A stretch of 64,000 bases of DNA, from the IMG/VR virus record IMGVR_UViG_3300034418_007243, positions 45,875 through 109,874 of that record; one strand, 5' to 3'. The translations under genes and the position numbers were made by a program. This document shows positions 20,601 to 30,281 of this stretch, one piece after another. Position 1 is the stretch's first letter. Each line of letters opens with the position of its first letter. The notes below the pieces were generated by a model that searched no databases, was not told the origin of the DNA, and was given only the letters and a program-made list of their open reading frames with translations. This stretch comes from a virus.

Positions 20601-23600
20601 GAAATTACAAACTTAGAAGCTGATTTATTTGTTCAGGATATCTTTGAAAAGCTCCGTATTGGTAAATTATATGAATATACTTTTGATATAGAAAATTTTG
20701 CTTTTCCCTCTTTGGATAAAGGAGGAGTTAAAGCATTGCAAGGAAGTACTGGAGTTCAACAATTAAACTATAACAATACTATGAAAATGGTTGGTGTTAT
20801 AGATTCTCTTATTTCAGAATGGATAGATTTAAAAAATGCTGCTTTAAATAGAGATCAAATAGATGCTTTATTTGATATTAATGATGAAATAGATAAAGCT
20901 GGTGAAAATATTAAACGTATTGAAGAGTTAGAAAAACAAAAAGAAGAACTTCTAACACTAGCTAGACAACAAATAAAAGCTACATATAAATATACTTCTG
21001 CAGTAACTAAAGATCCAAATGCGCTTTTAGCTGCTTATAATCATGCAGCTTATAGAATAGCAAGAATTATAAGTAATAAACAAGCTCTTTATGCAGCAAC
21101 AGAAAACATTGTAGAAAAAGAAAAATTAAAAAAACAATTAGATCTTCTAGAATGGTCACTAAAAAACTTTGGTAATTTAGAAAACATTAAACATGTAACT
21201 AACAGGCCTGGTGAAAATAGTAGAGGTCTTATTTCTATGCATATAGAAAGATCTGCTACGTTTTTTAATCAAGATGTTAAAGTTTCTCTTGATTTTGAAA
21301 ATGTAACTGAAGAACAACTTTTACAAGGAAAGTTATTTGAAAAAACAGGCAATGACTTATCTATGGTAGAAATTGCTAAGCCTGAAGTTATATTCTTTCT
21401 AAAGCAATTATATTCTTATAACAAAGAAGGTTTAGTTGAAAGAGATGATTTTGGTTTACCTAAACAAGCTGATTTTGGTCAAACCTGGAATAAACTTGCA
21501 AGGCTTTTAGTAAATACGCCTAACATTGATCAGATGTATCTAAAGCTACAAGCAGCATCTGTAAAAGATCCTCAGATAAAACAATTACTAAGTAAACTAG
21601 GAAGAACTAACACTGACTCTAATTTAACTCAAAGTTTAATAAGTAATTTCTTTAATACTTTTGGCATGGCTAATGTGCCTCTAATACAAACTACTATTAG
21701 AAAAGTTACTAAACAAAATCCAGATGGAACAACATCAACACAGACTATAGCTAGTACAGGTAGAGCTTTTAATTCAAACAATAAAATAGCTAAAGATTGG
21801 GAAAGACAATTTAAAGAACCCAGTCATAAAAGCAAATATATAAAGAGAGATGAAAAAGGTAGTTACTTAGATGTTGATGCCTTCTTAAATGATTACAATT
21901 ATGCAAAAGCTAAAGGTAACCTTTGGCAGTTTTATAATGATTTAGGTATTCTATTATCTGATAATGAAGATTTAAAAACAGAACTGCAAGATCCTAACAA
22001 TAAAAAACTTTACTCAGATAAAGTAAGTTTTATTTTTACAACTCTAAAGAAAAACTATCAAGAAAAAAATAAAAGATTAGCTGATTTAAATGAATTAGCT
22101 AAATCTGAAAGTGTTATCTATAATAATCTTATAAATTTAGAATCTAAGTATTCTAATGTGTTTACAGATTTTATGGTTACCAATGCTGAAGGTAATGCTC
22201 AGTTTGAACACACACTTAATAATACTATTACTATGATGGTTAATGGTATTAATAATGTAGAAAATTATTTGGATATATTAGCTATACCACATTTAGCTCA
22301 TCTAAATGTTGATTTAAATCCTTTTGCTGAATCTTCTATGTGGTTAAAAAGCATGTTTAATTTAGAAGGTACAGCAGATACAAATCCTAAGTATGGTGAA
22401 AGAAGAAAAGATACTTATGGTAATGATATAAAATTAGAAGTTGTAAACTTAAGTGGTATTATAACTCTTGAAGGAGAAGAAAAAACTCAAGAAGGTATAG
22501 CTAGTGCTAGAGCAGATGAATTTACTAAGTTTATTCTTGATATGCATTTAGGTTATGATAATAGCTTTGAATTAATGCGTCATGCTGATAAATCAACTTC
22601 TTATGGTATTAGATTAACTGGTGAAACTTTAGGAAGCAAAAGTAGAAGAGATTCTTATTTATCTCCTCAAACATTTAAAAAAGATAATGTTCAAGTAGCT
22701 TTTGATATTAAAAATAGAATTGTTCCTTATTTAATAGCGGAACTTAAAAGAATGAGAATAGCTAGAACAGCTCTCAAAGATAATATAAAAGATTTTGATT
22801 TTGCTTATTTAGAAAGAGGTAAAGACTTTGTAATATTTTCAGGTTATCTAAGTGCAGATACTCAAGCTTTGTTAGAAAAAGAAATTGTAAAAAATGAATC
22901 TCTAGCTTTAGAAGATTTTGCAGAAGCTATTAGTAATGATATATTTGAAAAGGAAATATTAAAAGATACTAGATCTTATTTTAATAAACAGTATGTTAAA
23001 GTAGATAAACTTTTTAAAGCAACAGATGAATTTATCTCAGATAATATTGTTAAAAACTTTATTGGTAAAAGTAATATAACTAAAGACGAAGCTAAAAAAG
23101 CTATATTACAATCACAAATAGTCAATTCTTTTATAAATAATTTAGAGAGCATGTCTTTTATATACGGAGACATTGCTCAGTATAAATTAGACAAAGAAGA
23201 CTTTCACAAACGTAATGCTGGTGCTGGTTCAACAGGTAAATTATTCCGTACAGATAAAGGTATGCAAGATTTTATTAACGGAAGAATAAATCAAACTTAT
23301 GCTGCTAAATTAAAAAATGAACTAGGTCTTGCAAGTTTAAGAACTTATGATGGCACATTTAATACAGCTGTTATATCAGATAATAAAATACCTAGTGTTT
23401 ATGCAGAACTAAGACAATTAGGAGAAGCATATAATGAAATGGAAGAAGCTGATGGTCAAGGTATTATTGCTTTTGATTCATATAGAACTTTAAAAATAGC
23501 AGAAGGTTCTTGGCTTCCAGAACAAGAAGCTTTATATCAAGATATTATAAATGAAAGAGAAATAGACGAAACTAAAATTCAATACTATTTTCCTGCATAT

Positions 23601-26600
23601 AAAACACAATACTGGGGACCTTTAAAAACAGATTTAGAAAGAATTGGATTACCTGTAACAGCTTTTCATAAATTTTCTTTATATCCAGCAATACCTAATG
23701 TTATTAAAGGTAAAAACATGGAGATTCTTCATAAAAGAATGATTCAAGAAGGTATTGATTATGTAGTATTTAAATCAGGTTCTAAGGTAGGTACTGTAAC
23801 AGAAACTCAAAGCGGTACAAAACAAGTTTATAAAAAAGATTCAAGAGAGCTTGTCTTTGATAACAATTATGATCCTAGTAAAGATAAACCTTTCTTTACT
23901 AAAAATGTGATCTTTTTAGAGTACTTAAAAAATCAATTAGAAATAAATGATAAAGCTAAAGGTCAAACAATTTTCTCTACTCAGTTAAGAAAATTAGTTA
24001 TAGATGGTCTTATGGAGTTTGGTGTACCTGTTGATTATAAAACAAATATAAAAGATCCAGAAAAAAGAATTAAAGCTTGGGAAAATGAAAAGAATAAAGA
24101 AGATAGCTCTCCTTATTATAAATTAATTAGAAATTATGAGCAAACTATTGAAGCTTTAACAAAGCTTGAAAAAGATAAACTTCTTAAAGAATTAAATTGG
24201 ACAGAAAATGAAGATGGTACTTTATCTGGTGATAAAAAGAAACTAATAGACTTTGTTGTTAGAGAATTATCTAGAAAAGAATTAGGAGAACATGAGTTAG
24301 AATATTTACTTAAGGGAGGAGATCTTTCTTTATCTCTTAATGCTGCTGACGTAGAAAAAATGCTAAATGCTATAGTTGTTAAAAAACTAGTAAAGCAAAA
24401 AGTAAATGGAGAAGCTTTAATTCAGGTTGCTAATACCTTTATGGAAGATGCAGTAAAAGCTAAAGGTTTAAAGTTTAAAAATCCTACTAAAAAACAAATT
24501 GAAGAGTTTGGGTCTAATGATCTACCTTTTTATACTAAAAATAAAGATGGGTCTACAAATGCTATGAAAGTTAAGGTAGCATTACAGAATGACTTTAAAA
24601 ACTTACTCTTTTTAAAACATAATGATGGGCAAGAAATAGGTAGTATAGAGAGACTTAATGAAATGATTAAAGATGAAGAGTGGTTAAATAAAGGTGATCA
24701 TAGAAAGATGATTACTATGACTGCTGTTCGTATTCCTGTTCAGGGTCTTAACTCTATGGAGTTTATGGAAGTTTATGAGTTTTTACCTGCTTCTGCAAGC
24801 GGTACTATTATACTTCCCTCAGAGATTGTAGCTAAGTCTGGTGCTGACTTTGATATAGATAAGTTAACAGTTATGATGCCTAATATTAAGGCTAAAGTAA
24901 CAAAAGAAAATAAAGATAAAATCTTTTGGAAAGAGTTAGCTCAAGAGTTTCCTGATTTAGATTTTAGTTATAATAATGTGCAAATGATATTTGACGCATT
25001 AAAATCTCCAGAAACATACAAATTTTTAAATGAAGAAGATATAGCTGTAGCAAATGCTATTAAATCAAAAGCAAATGTAGTAACAGCTGAATATTCTACA
25101 GGTGATAATAAATCAGGTCTTGAAAATAAATTATTAGAAAGCATTGTATCTATACTTTCTTTACCTGTTAACCGTGAAGCTTTACTTACACCAAATAGCA
25201 CAGCTCTATTTACAGAAGGTAAAAATGAAGGAGATAAATCATTGGTTGATGCTTTAGCAAAAGATGAAGAGTATAATGGAACTACTACTTTTGAAATTGC
25301 ATATAATTTAAAGAAACACCAGGAAAATAGTATTGGTAAAGCAGCTCTTGGTTTGGGTGCTGTAGATAATACCTATAATACTTTAATGAATAGAGTTGGT
25401 GCTTATCTTAATAAAGAAGTAGGTTCTACAGAAGAAGAATTTATTCAATCAATATTTGGTAAAATTCCTGAAAGTGAACAAAAATATTACCAGGCTGTAA
25501 GAAAAAACTTTAGAAGACAAAAAATATTTTTGCCTCATAATACAATTGATGGCAATATATCTTTATCACATTCTACTAGTAAAGGAAGTAATCAATCTAT
25601 CTCAGGTGTAATTAATCAAATGATTAATGGATGGGTAGATGTTGCTAGAGGAGCTTGGATTTTTAATGTACAAGGAAATAAAGAAGTAGCACCTACACTT
25701 TTATTTATGATTCAAGCAGGTGTTCCAGTTGATACAGCTGTATATTTTGTGTCTAATCCATTAGTAAAAGAATATGTAAATCAGATTAGAAAAGCTCAAA
25801 GTCCTTTTGCTGAGTATATGAATATGGATCTTGAGAACCCTAATGCTTTTAAAGCAGCAGCTTTAAGAAATATTTTTACTAATCCTGAGTTTGGTTTTAG
25901 ATTGCCTTATAAGATGAACGGGGTTTTTCAAAAGGAAACTGATATGTCTAATATTAACCCTATGCTAAATCAGATGAATATTAGTCGTTTAGCTAGAGTG
26001 TTAGCTGTTCAAAATGTCAACAAACAATTCAATACTGAAACATTAAAAGAAAGAGCTGAAAATTATAAAGAAGGTGATCCTATTACTGAAGCTGACAGAG
26101 ATGCTTTCTTACACTTTTTGGAGTTAGAAGAAATGGGTAAAGGGGTAAGAGATATCAAAATGAATATGAATTTTGATACAAACCCTGATCAATCTTTATA
26201 TGCAGCAGAAGCAAGAATAAAAAGAAAAGGTTCTCTTGAATATGATAACAGATTTCCTTCATTTATAATTGAAAAATTAGAAAATGAATCTCCTATATCA
26301 GCATTTTATACGCAACCTTTTCAAATAAAATTAATAGGAGGTTTATTTCCTTTAAGAAATCATAAACGCATTAATAAGTTTATAGATGATGTAGAGCTAG
26401 ATGAAATAAAAAGAAATGGATGGAATGATAGAGAATCTTTTGCTAAAGATTTTAAAAATGAATTTATTAATTTTATTTATCAAAATGAGCTAAGAAATTT
26501 TGATGTAAGAAAACTATCTAAACCAACAACTAATACTTTTAATGGCTTTGAAATAGAAAGAGTAAATGTAGCTTCTTTAAAACATGGAGCAGCTTTTAAA

Positions 26601-29600
26601 GATGGTAAACTTTTTATAAGCATGACTGATTTAGCAAGACAGTATGCAAGCATAACAAAAAAGTATAACGATCTTCCTATAAGTGAAACCTTAGCTGCAA
26701 AATTACAGAAAGATTATCAACAAACAGGATTAGCTCCTATATCTCCATTACAGTTTAGAAACTTTGAAGAATATGTAGAGTTTGTTATAGAAAGAGAAAG
26801 ATTACGTTCTGTATTATCAACTGAAAAAATAAATAATAATTTACAATATCAATTTTTATTAGAAGAGATAAAAGATTATTATGAAAATAATACTTATGGA
26901 AAAGCTAAAATAGCTAATTATTCTCCAGAAGTTAAAGAAAGATTTATTGTAAACTATGCTAAAGAAACTTTTCTAAAAAATAAAGCTTTGCAAAACATAT
27001 ATAACAATGACTATATGTTTAAAAATACAGGGCAAAATTTATTTCAAAAATCATATGCTGATAGATTTTTAGATTTAAACAACTTACGTTTTCCACAATT
27101 AAAAAATGAATTTCTTCTACTAAATTATCTTGAGTATGTAGAGTCACCTACAGGATATAGAAATTTAAAACTTAGCAATCCTAAATTAACAGCAGATCAG
27201 AAAAATGTTTTCTTTGAAAATTTAGAAGATTTAACTGATGAAAAAACTCTTAAAGAAAAGTTTCCTTCATTAGAAGACAATGAAATAAAATATATCATAG
27301 ACTTTTTTAATGAGTTTAGTCTTTATGCTTATTTACAAACCGGGTTAAATACAAAATCTTCTTTCAATTTATCTAGTATAGTAGATCCTGAAGAATTTAC
27401 TATTATAGCTGAAGAAGCTAAAGCTAAAGCTCTTAATATATTGAATTCAGAATCTATTTATTCTGAAGAGCTTTTACAAGATTTTTACAGAGTCTTTAAT
27501 AGAACTAATGGTAATAAAGGTAGAGCTGTAAAAGGTAGAGGTGTTAACTATAAAATTCAAGGTACAATCTTTACAGAAAAAGGATTAGAATATTTAAAAA
27601 TAACTCCAAAAACAAAATCTTTTGTTGAAGATGTAGAATTAATTGAAACTCAACCTATAGTACAAAGTACACGTAAAACATACTCAGGAAAAGTAACTAG
27701 CTTACAACCTAATCAAATATTTGTATTTGGTTCTAACCCGCTTGGTATTAATGGAAACCCTGCTAAAGGTACAGGTGGAGGAGCACTAGTAGCATATCAA
27801 ATTGCTGGAGTGAAGCAAGGAGAAAAAATGGATAATAAACTTTCTGATTCTGGAAAGGCTTGGGGAATAACAACGGTTACAGCTCCTGGTAAGAAAAAAA
27901 GTAAAACTCCACAGCAAATTATAGAAGGTATTAAAAAACTATATGAATATGCTAACAATAATCCTAGAATAGAAGTATTAGTAGCTGATTATTCTGGACC
28001 AAGAAATCTTAATGGTTATACAGGTCAAGAAATGGCAGATATGTTTTCTAATGCAGGACCTATACCGTCTAATATAGTATTTAATGAGAATTTTGATAAG
28101 TTAATTGCTACTCAACCTACAGTACAAAGTGTTACTACTCCTAAAAATAGATTTACAGTAAAACCAAAACAGGCTGCTGACAAGAAGGCTAAAGTTAAAG
28201 CCAAAATTGCTACTCAGTATATAGGTTTTGCTGAAGGTATTTTTGGAAGCAGTACAGCTTTATATGCAGAGCAGATTGGTCAGTATGCTAATACTGGTAA
28301 CTATAGTTCTGATGATGTAATATTTGTATCAATACCTGGTAAAAGAGGTAGTGCAGAATTGCAAAAACAAAATCAAGATAGAACCATAAAAGAAGCTATT
28401 AAAGCTGTAGAAGCAGGAGCTACTATTATTACAGATAATAAAGCTTATATTGATTCTAGCTCTTACAATACAGGAGAAAAAAGATTGTTTGCTAATATGC
28501 AAGAAAAAGGATATACTTATTCTGAAGTAACGGTAGATGGTCAAATTTTAGGTACTTGGTCTAAACCTACTCAACCACAAGACAGCAATCCTAATATAGT
28601 TAAGAATAGTAATGGATTGATTGTTATTAAAGACCAGTTAAATAATGAAGAAGGTGCAGCTATGGTAGAAAGTTTTAAACCTGTTATAGAAGAAACATCT
28701 TTTAAACAAACTGGAGGCTCTGTTTCATGGGGTTTTGGTTTACAATGGATGAGGGTAAATAGTATGTCTACTGAACAACGTAAAGGTTTAATAATAGGTA
28801 AACAACTTAACGGTAAAGAGATTACTCAAGAAATGAAAGATAAATTCATTAACGGTGCTGATGCTCAACAATTAGGTATGCCTTTATACGGATATACAAG
28901 TATAGATAAGAATGGTAATCCTCTTCCTAATATACCTACTGAAATTATAACAATGTTGGCTCAAAAAGGTATAGATATATCTGAGTATGATGCTAGTTAT
29001 AATTCTGTTTATGATAAAAAAGATGGTGGTAGTCTTATTATTCATCAGGATAATACTGAGCTAAATGAATCACCTATAATAACTATCTCTTTAGGTAGAC
29101 CTATGAAGTTTATAACTTATGAGTTAAATGATCCTAATGATTTTAACATAACTGATCCTAAAAATACAGCTTATAATATAGTAAAAAATGTAATAAGCGG
29201 GCAAGCTTTAAAAAATAAAATTATAGATAAACCTTTTAAATATGGAGAATTAACACCAGGAAATATAATGGATTATGCTAAACAGCTAGATAAAATTGAA
29301 GGTGGTGATAAATATTCACAACAAGTTTTAGATGCTCTTAAAGCTCAGTTTAAAGGAAAGGCTACTACTACAGAATATACTTTGGAGAATGGAGCTATAT
29401 TAGTTTTTTCAGGTAATAATAGAAATGTGTTGCATGAAATAGTATTTGATGAAGCTAGTGATAAAAAACCAATGCCAGAAGGTTTTCCTGAATTAACAGT
29501 AACTAAAAATAGATATGATAAGAAAACAGATTCTTTTCTTCCTGTACAAGTAAAAACAGATAACTATAGAGTTGTTCTTACTTTAAGAAAAGTACAAGGA

Positions 29601-30275
29601 ACTACAGTAAATAATATAGATACAGCTATGTTAGAAAATACTGTAAAAACACCAGCTGAAAGCAAAGCAACTGAAGGTAAATATCAACCTGCAAAAGATG
29701 TATTTGATATTGATAGCGCTCTTGTAATAGAAGGAATAGAGCAAAATCCTGATGTTATTTTTGTTTATGAAGGAGCAGAAACAGAAGGTCTTGGAACTGG
29801 TCAAGGTGAAGGTGCAAAACATAAAAAAATAAAAAATGTTAGCACAAACAATGTATTACCTCTTACAGTGAATAGAAATTATGCTCTTCAAAATACTTTT
29901 AAAGATGTTAAAGATGAAGCTGGTAATATGGTTATAGATCCTAAACTTAAAGAACTAATAGATAATGATATACAAACACTATTAGCTTATGGTGATAGAC
30001 CTATCAGATTTAGTAGTAAAGGTTATGGTAAAGAGTTAATTAAACAAGATAAAAAAAGAAATACTCCTATGCCTGCACCACAAGCTTTTATATATTTGTC
30101 AGAGCAATTACTAGAAAAATTTGGTTATATTAATCCTGGCTTTTTAAGTTTAGATATGTCTGGAAATAAACCAGGTATTGAAGCAGTACAAGAAGCTCAA
30201 GAAATATCTGATGCAGAAATAAAAGAATTGAATAGAGAAGCTGTATTAGATTTAATTAAACTGTGTAAATCATAA
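17679..30275 (+). CDS. Virion RNA polymerase polyprotein (crAss/phi14:2 gp66-like two-barrel RNAP) with N-terminal zincin and C-terminal macro-like, unknown and AlkB-like domains
   Basis: 4198 aa. RIPVQGLNS (24729) and KSGADFDIDKL (DFDID at 24846-24860). Also DFHKRNAG, ADGQG, HKFSLYP and STQLRKL. HEAWH (20316) with EEHLAE. HQD...H...RxxLTxR in the AlkB part. Confidence 0.9.
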   Translation: MRCPLNPDIDLQAFRVAVFADMYDMAESPEAFDVDQYMQEMYELVFENTKDPALALDYARFIPETTLSLLNTDKKLSGKLMNEKGLNLNSLMQKVIDISNYNKDQLKVLNNQLAGKVSLKDTAKKGKEVAKRKNQEKKNENQLSLFDPEIIEEAAKEEPLPTLTPSLSPTLVEEAKGILDAQGSDEMIYPLTAFATRNVDRPTKHSKFISAVQKQLLRLFKENKTNNIFLAAVPTSEIIANLENKDSVYYNFFRSMDAAEQQSFIENDNGLGVILVVTDQAGLPITFNDQGLQSKEDLSSPAFLFLNSPKFDTKGQIKLSENDIAAIEEIKQVYKKHNQPELAKKAEQFYIEQLKSINKIREYVRANPKESVKFTINGGFLGAYQKSSIKNKQPLAGLEETINLQRGKYNSMYFTSSDLGGKTIVLERPTLSEADMLEDILSLLVDDITLNGKPISSTERKNLFFQFYYSKKETVQLASENGKAVLYFKYKAIQLDQLNDQQKQTLKEELRNYFTEINDKGYPEQHTYLKSSPQSANKQISDISIENGVLTLTNKPYEQFVKEKFYSLYKVENGRFATSNPYITFELAPESEGQVFLENKKTQEELINELLTVAEEIEEIQNRIDERLSIKKDTQKSSIKEQGKLFRIFEKAFYEGNNKRHNDISNEQLQQLSPETKAYLIDLYERAKPFNEEYQRIGKVRDVQTNKEIITDEDKIRYITANHFGGFGRAARLGSAADYVFRQDPKYKDLIFAIPSQDVLNNINKVFNAKLTSEELNIGSVKEEQVKEEPKKPTPSYSSRLADFDTKLDKTLKVKGLDVKATKQQIKEAKKWYEKSAISQFFKFEEIFDMVNTDDGSAVARWTLAGITLYKGSDYSDLYHEAWHAFTQTFMNSLQRQELYEKLKTKSGTFTDHLGQTVTFKDASDLQLEEHLAEQFREYMLNPSSKKITKEEKSLFRRVLQALRKLFGDRELDLEITNLEADLFVQDIFEKLRIGKLYEYTFDIENFAFPSLDKGGVKALQGSTGVQQLNYNNTMKMVGVIDSLISEWIDLKNAALNRDQIDALFDINDEIDKAGENIKRIEELEKQKEELLTLARQQIKATYKYTSAVTKDPNALLAAYNHAAYRIARIISNKQALYAATENIVEKEKLKKQLDLLEWSLKNFGNLENIKHVTNRPGENSRGLISMHIERSATFFNQDVKVSLDFENVTEEQLLQGKLFEKTGNDLSMVEIAKPEVIFFLKQLYSYNKEGLVERDDFGLPKQADFGQTWNKLARLLVNTPNIDQMYLKLQAASVKDPQIKQLLSKLGRTNTDSNLTQSLISNFFNTFGMANVPLIQTTIRKVTKQNPDGTTSTQTIASTGRAFNSNNKIAKDWERQFKEPSHKSKYIKRDEKGSYLDVDAFLNDYNYAKAKGNLWQFYNDLGILLSDNEDLKTELQDPNNKKLYSDKVSFIFTTLKKNYQEKNKRLADLNELAKSESVIYNNLINLESKYSNVFTDFMVTNAEGNAQFEHTLNNTITMMVNGINNVENYLDILAIPHLAHLNVDLNPFAESSMWLKSMFNLEGTADTNPKYGERRKDTYGNDIKLEVVNLSGIITLEGEEKTQEGIASARADEFTKFILDMHLGYDNSFELMRHADKSTSYGIRLTGETLGSKSRRDSYLSPQTFKKDNVQVAFDIKNRIVPYLIAELKRMRIARTALKDNIKDFDFAYLERGKDFVIFSGYLSADTQALLEKEIVKNESLALEDFAEAISNDIFEKEILKDTRSYFNKQYVKVDKLFKATDEFISDNIVKNFIGKSNITKDEAKKAILQSQIVNSFINNLESMSFIYGDIAQYKLDKEDFHKRNAGAGSTGKLFRTDKGMQDFINGRINQTYAAKLKNELGLASLRTYDGTFNTAVISDNKIPSVYAELRQLGEAYNEMEEADGQGIIAFDSYRTLKIAEGSWLPEQEALYQDIINEREIDETKIQYYFPAYKTQYWGPLKTDLERIGLPVTAFHKFSLYPAIPNVIKGKNMEILHKRMIQEGIDYVVFKSGSKVGTVTETQSGTKQVYKKDSRELVFDNNYDPSKDKPFFTKNVIFLEYLKNQLEINDKAKGQTIFSTQLRKLVIDGLMEFGVPVDYKTNIKDPEKRIKAWENEKNKEDSSPYYKLIRNYEQTIEALTKLEKDKLLKELNWTENEDGTLSGDKKKLIDFVVRELSRKELGEHELEYLLKGGDLSLSLNAADVEKMLNAIVVKKLVKQKVNGEALIQVANTFMEDAVKAKGLKFKNPTKKQIEEFGSNDLPFYTKNKDGSTNAMKVKVALQNDFKNLLFLKHNDGQEIGSIERLNEMIKDEEWLNKGDHRKMITMTAVRIPVQGLNSMEFMEVYEFLPASASGTIILPSEIVAKSGADFDIDKLTVMMPNIKAKVTKENKDKIFWKELAQEFPDLDFSYNNVQMIFDALKSPETYKFLNEEDIAVANAIKSKANVVTAEYSTGDNKSGLENKLLESIVSILSLPVNREALLTPNSTALFTEGKNEGDKSLVDALAKDEEYNGTTTFEIAYNLKKHQENSIGKAALGLGAVDNTYNTLMNRVGAYLNKEVGSTEEEFIQSIFGKIPESEQKYYQAVRKNFRRQKIFLPHNTIDGNISLSHSTSKGSNQSISGVINQMINGWVDVARGAWIFNVQGNKEVAPTLLFMIQAGVPVDTAVYFVSNPLVKEYVNQIRKAQSPFAEYMNMDLENPNAFKAAALRNIFTNPEFGFRLPYKMNGVFQKETDMSNINPMLNQMNISRLARVLAVQNVNKQFNTETLKERAENYKEGDPITEADRDAFLHFLELEEMGKGVRDIKMNMNFDTNPDQSLYAAEARIKRKGSLEYDNRFPSFIIEKLENESPISAFYTQPFQIKLIGGLFPLRNHKRINKFIDDVELDEIKRNGWNDRESFAKDFKNEFINFIYQNELRNFDVRKLSKPTTNTFNGFEIERVNVASLKHGAAFKDGKLFISMTDLARQYASITKKYNDLPISETLAAKLQKDYQQTGLAPISPLQFRNFEEYVEFVIERERLRSVLSTEKINNNLQYQFLLEEIKDYYENNTYGKAKIANYSPEVKERFIVNYAKETFLKNKALQNIYNNDYMFKNTGQNLFQKSYADRFLDLNNLRFPQLKNEFLLLNYLEYVESPTGYRNLKLSNPKLTADQKNVFFENLEDLTDEKTLKEKFPSLEDNEIKYIIDFFNEFSLYAYLQTGLNTKSSFNLSSIVDPEEFTIIAEEAKAKALNILNSESIYSEELLQDFYRVFNRTNGNKGRAVKGRGVNYKIQGTIFTEKGLEYLKITPKTKSFVEDVELIETQPIVQSTRKTYSGKVTSLQPNQIFVFGSNPLGINGNPAKGTGGGALVAYQIAGVKQGEKMDNKLSDSGKAWGITTVTAPGKKKSKTPQQIIEGIKKLYEYANNNPRIEVLVADYSGPRNLNGYTGQEMADMFSNAGPIPSNIVFNENFDKLIATQPTVQSVTTPKNRFTVKPKQAADKKAKVKAKIATQYIGFAEGIFGSSTALYAEQIGQYANTGNYSSDDVIFVSIPGKRGSAELQKQNQDRTIKEAIKAVEAGATIITDNKAYIDSSSYNTGEKRLFANMQEKGYTYSEVTVDGQILGTWSKPTQPQDSNPNIVKNSNGLIVIKDQLNNEEGAAMVESFKPVIEETSFKQTGGSVSWGFGLQWMRVNSMSTEQRKGLIIGKQLNGKEITQEMKDKFINGADAQQLGMPLYGYTSIDKNGNPLPNIPTEIITMLAQKGIDISEYDASYNSVYDKKDGGSLIIHQDNTELNESPIITISLGRPMKFITYELNDPNDFNITDPKNTAYNIVKNVISGQALKNKIIDKPFKYGELTPGNIMDYAKQLDKIEGGDKYSQQVLDALKAQFKGKATTTEYTLENGAILVFSGNNRNVLHEIVFDEASDKKPMPEGFPELTVTKNRYDKKTDSFLPVQVKTDNYRVVLTLRKVQGTTVNNIDTAMLENTVKTPAESKATEGKYQPAKDVFDIDSALVIEGIEQNPDVIFVYEGAETEGLGTGQGEGAKHKKIKNVSTNNVLPLTVNRNYALQNTFKDVKDEAGNMVIDPKLKELIDNDIQTLLAYGDRPIRFSSKGYGKELIKQDKKRNTPMPAPQAFIYLSEQLLEKFGYINPGFLSLDMSGNKPGIEAVQEAQEISDAEIKELNREAVLDLIKLCKS

Positions 30276-30281
30276 AATGTT

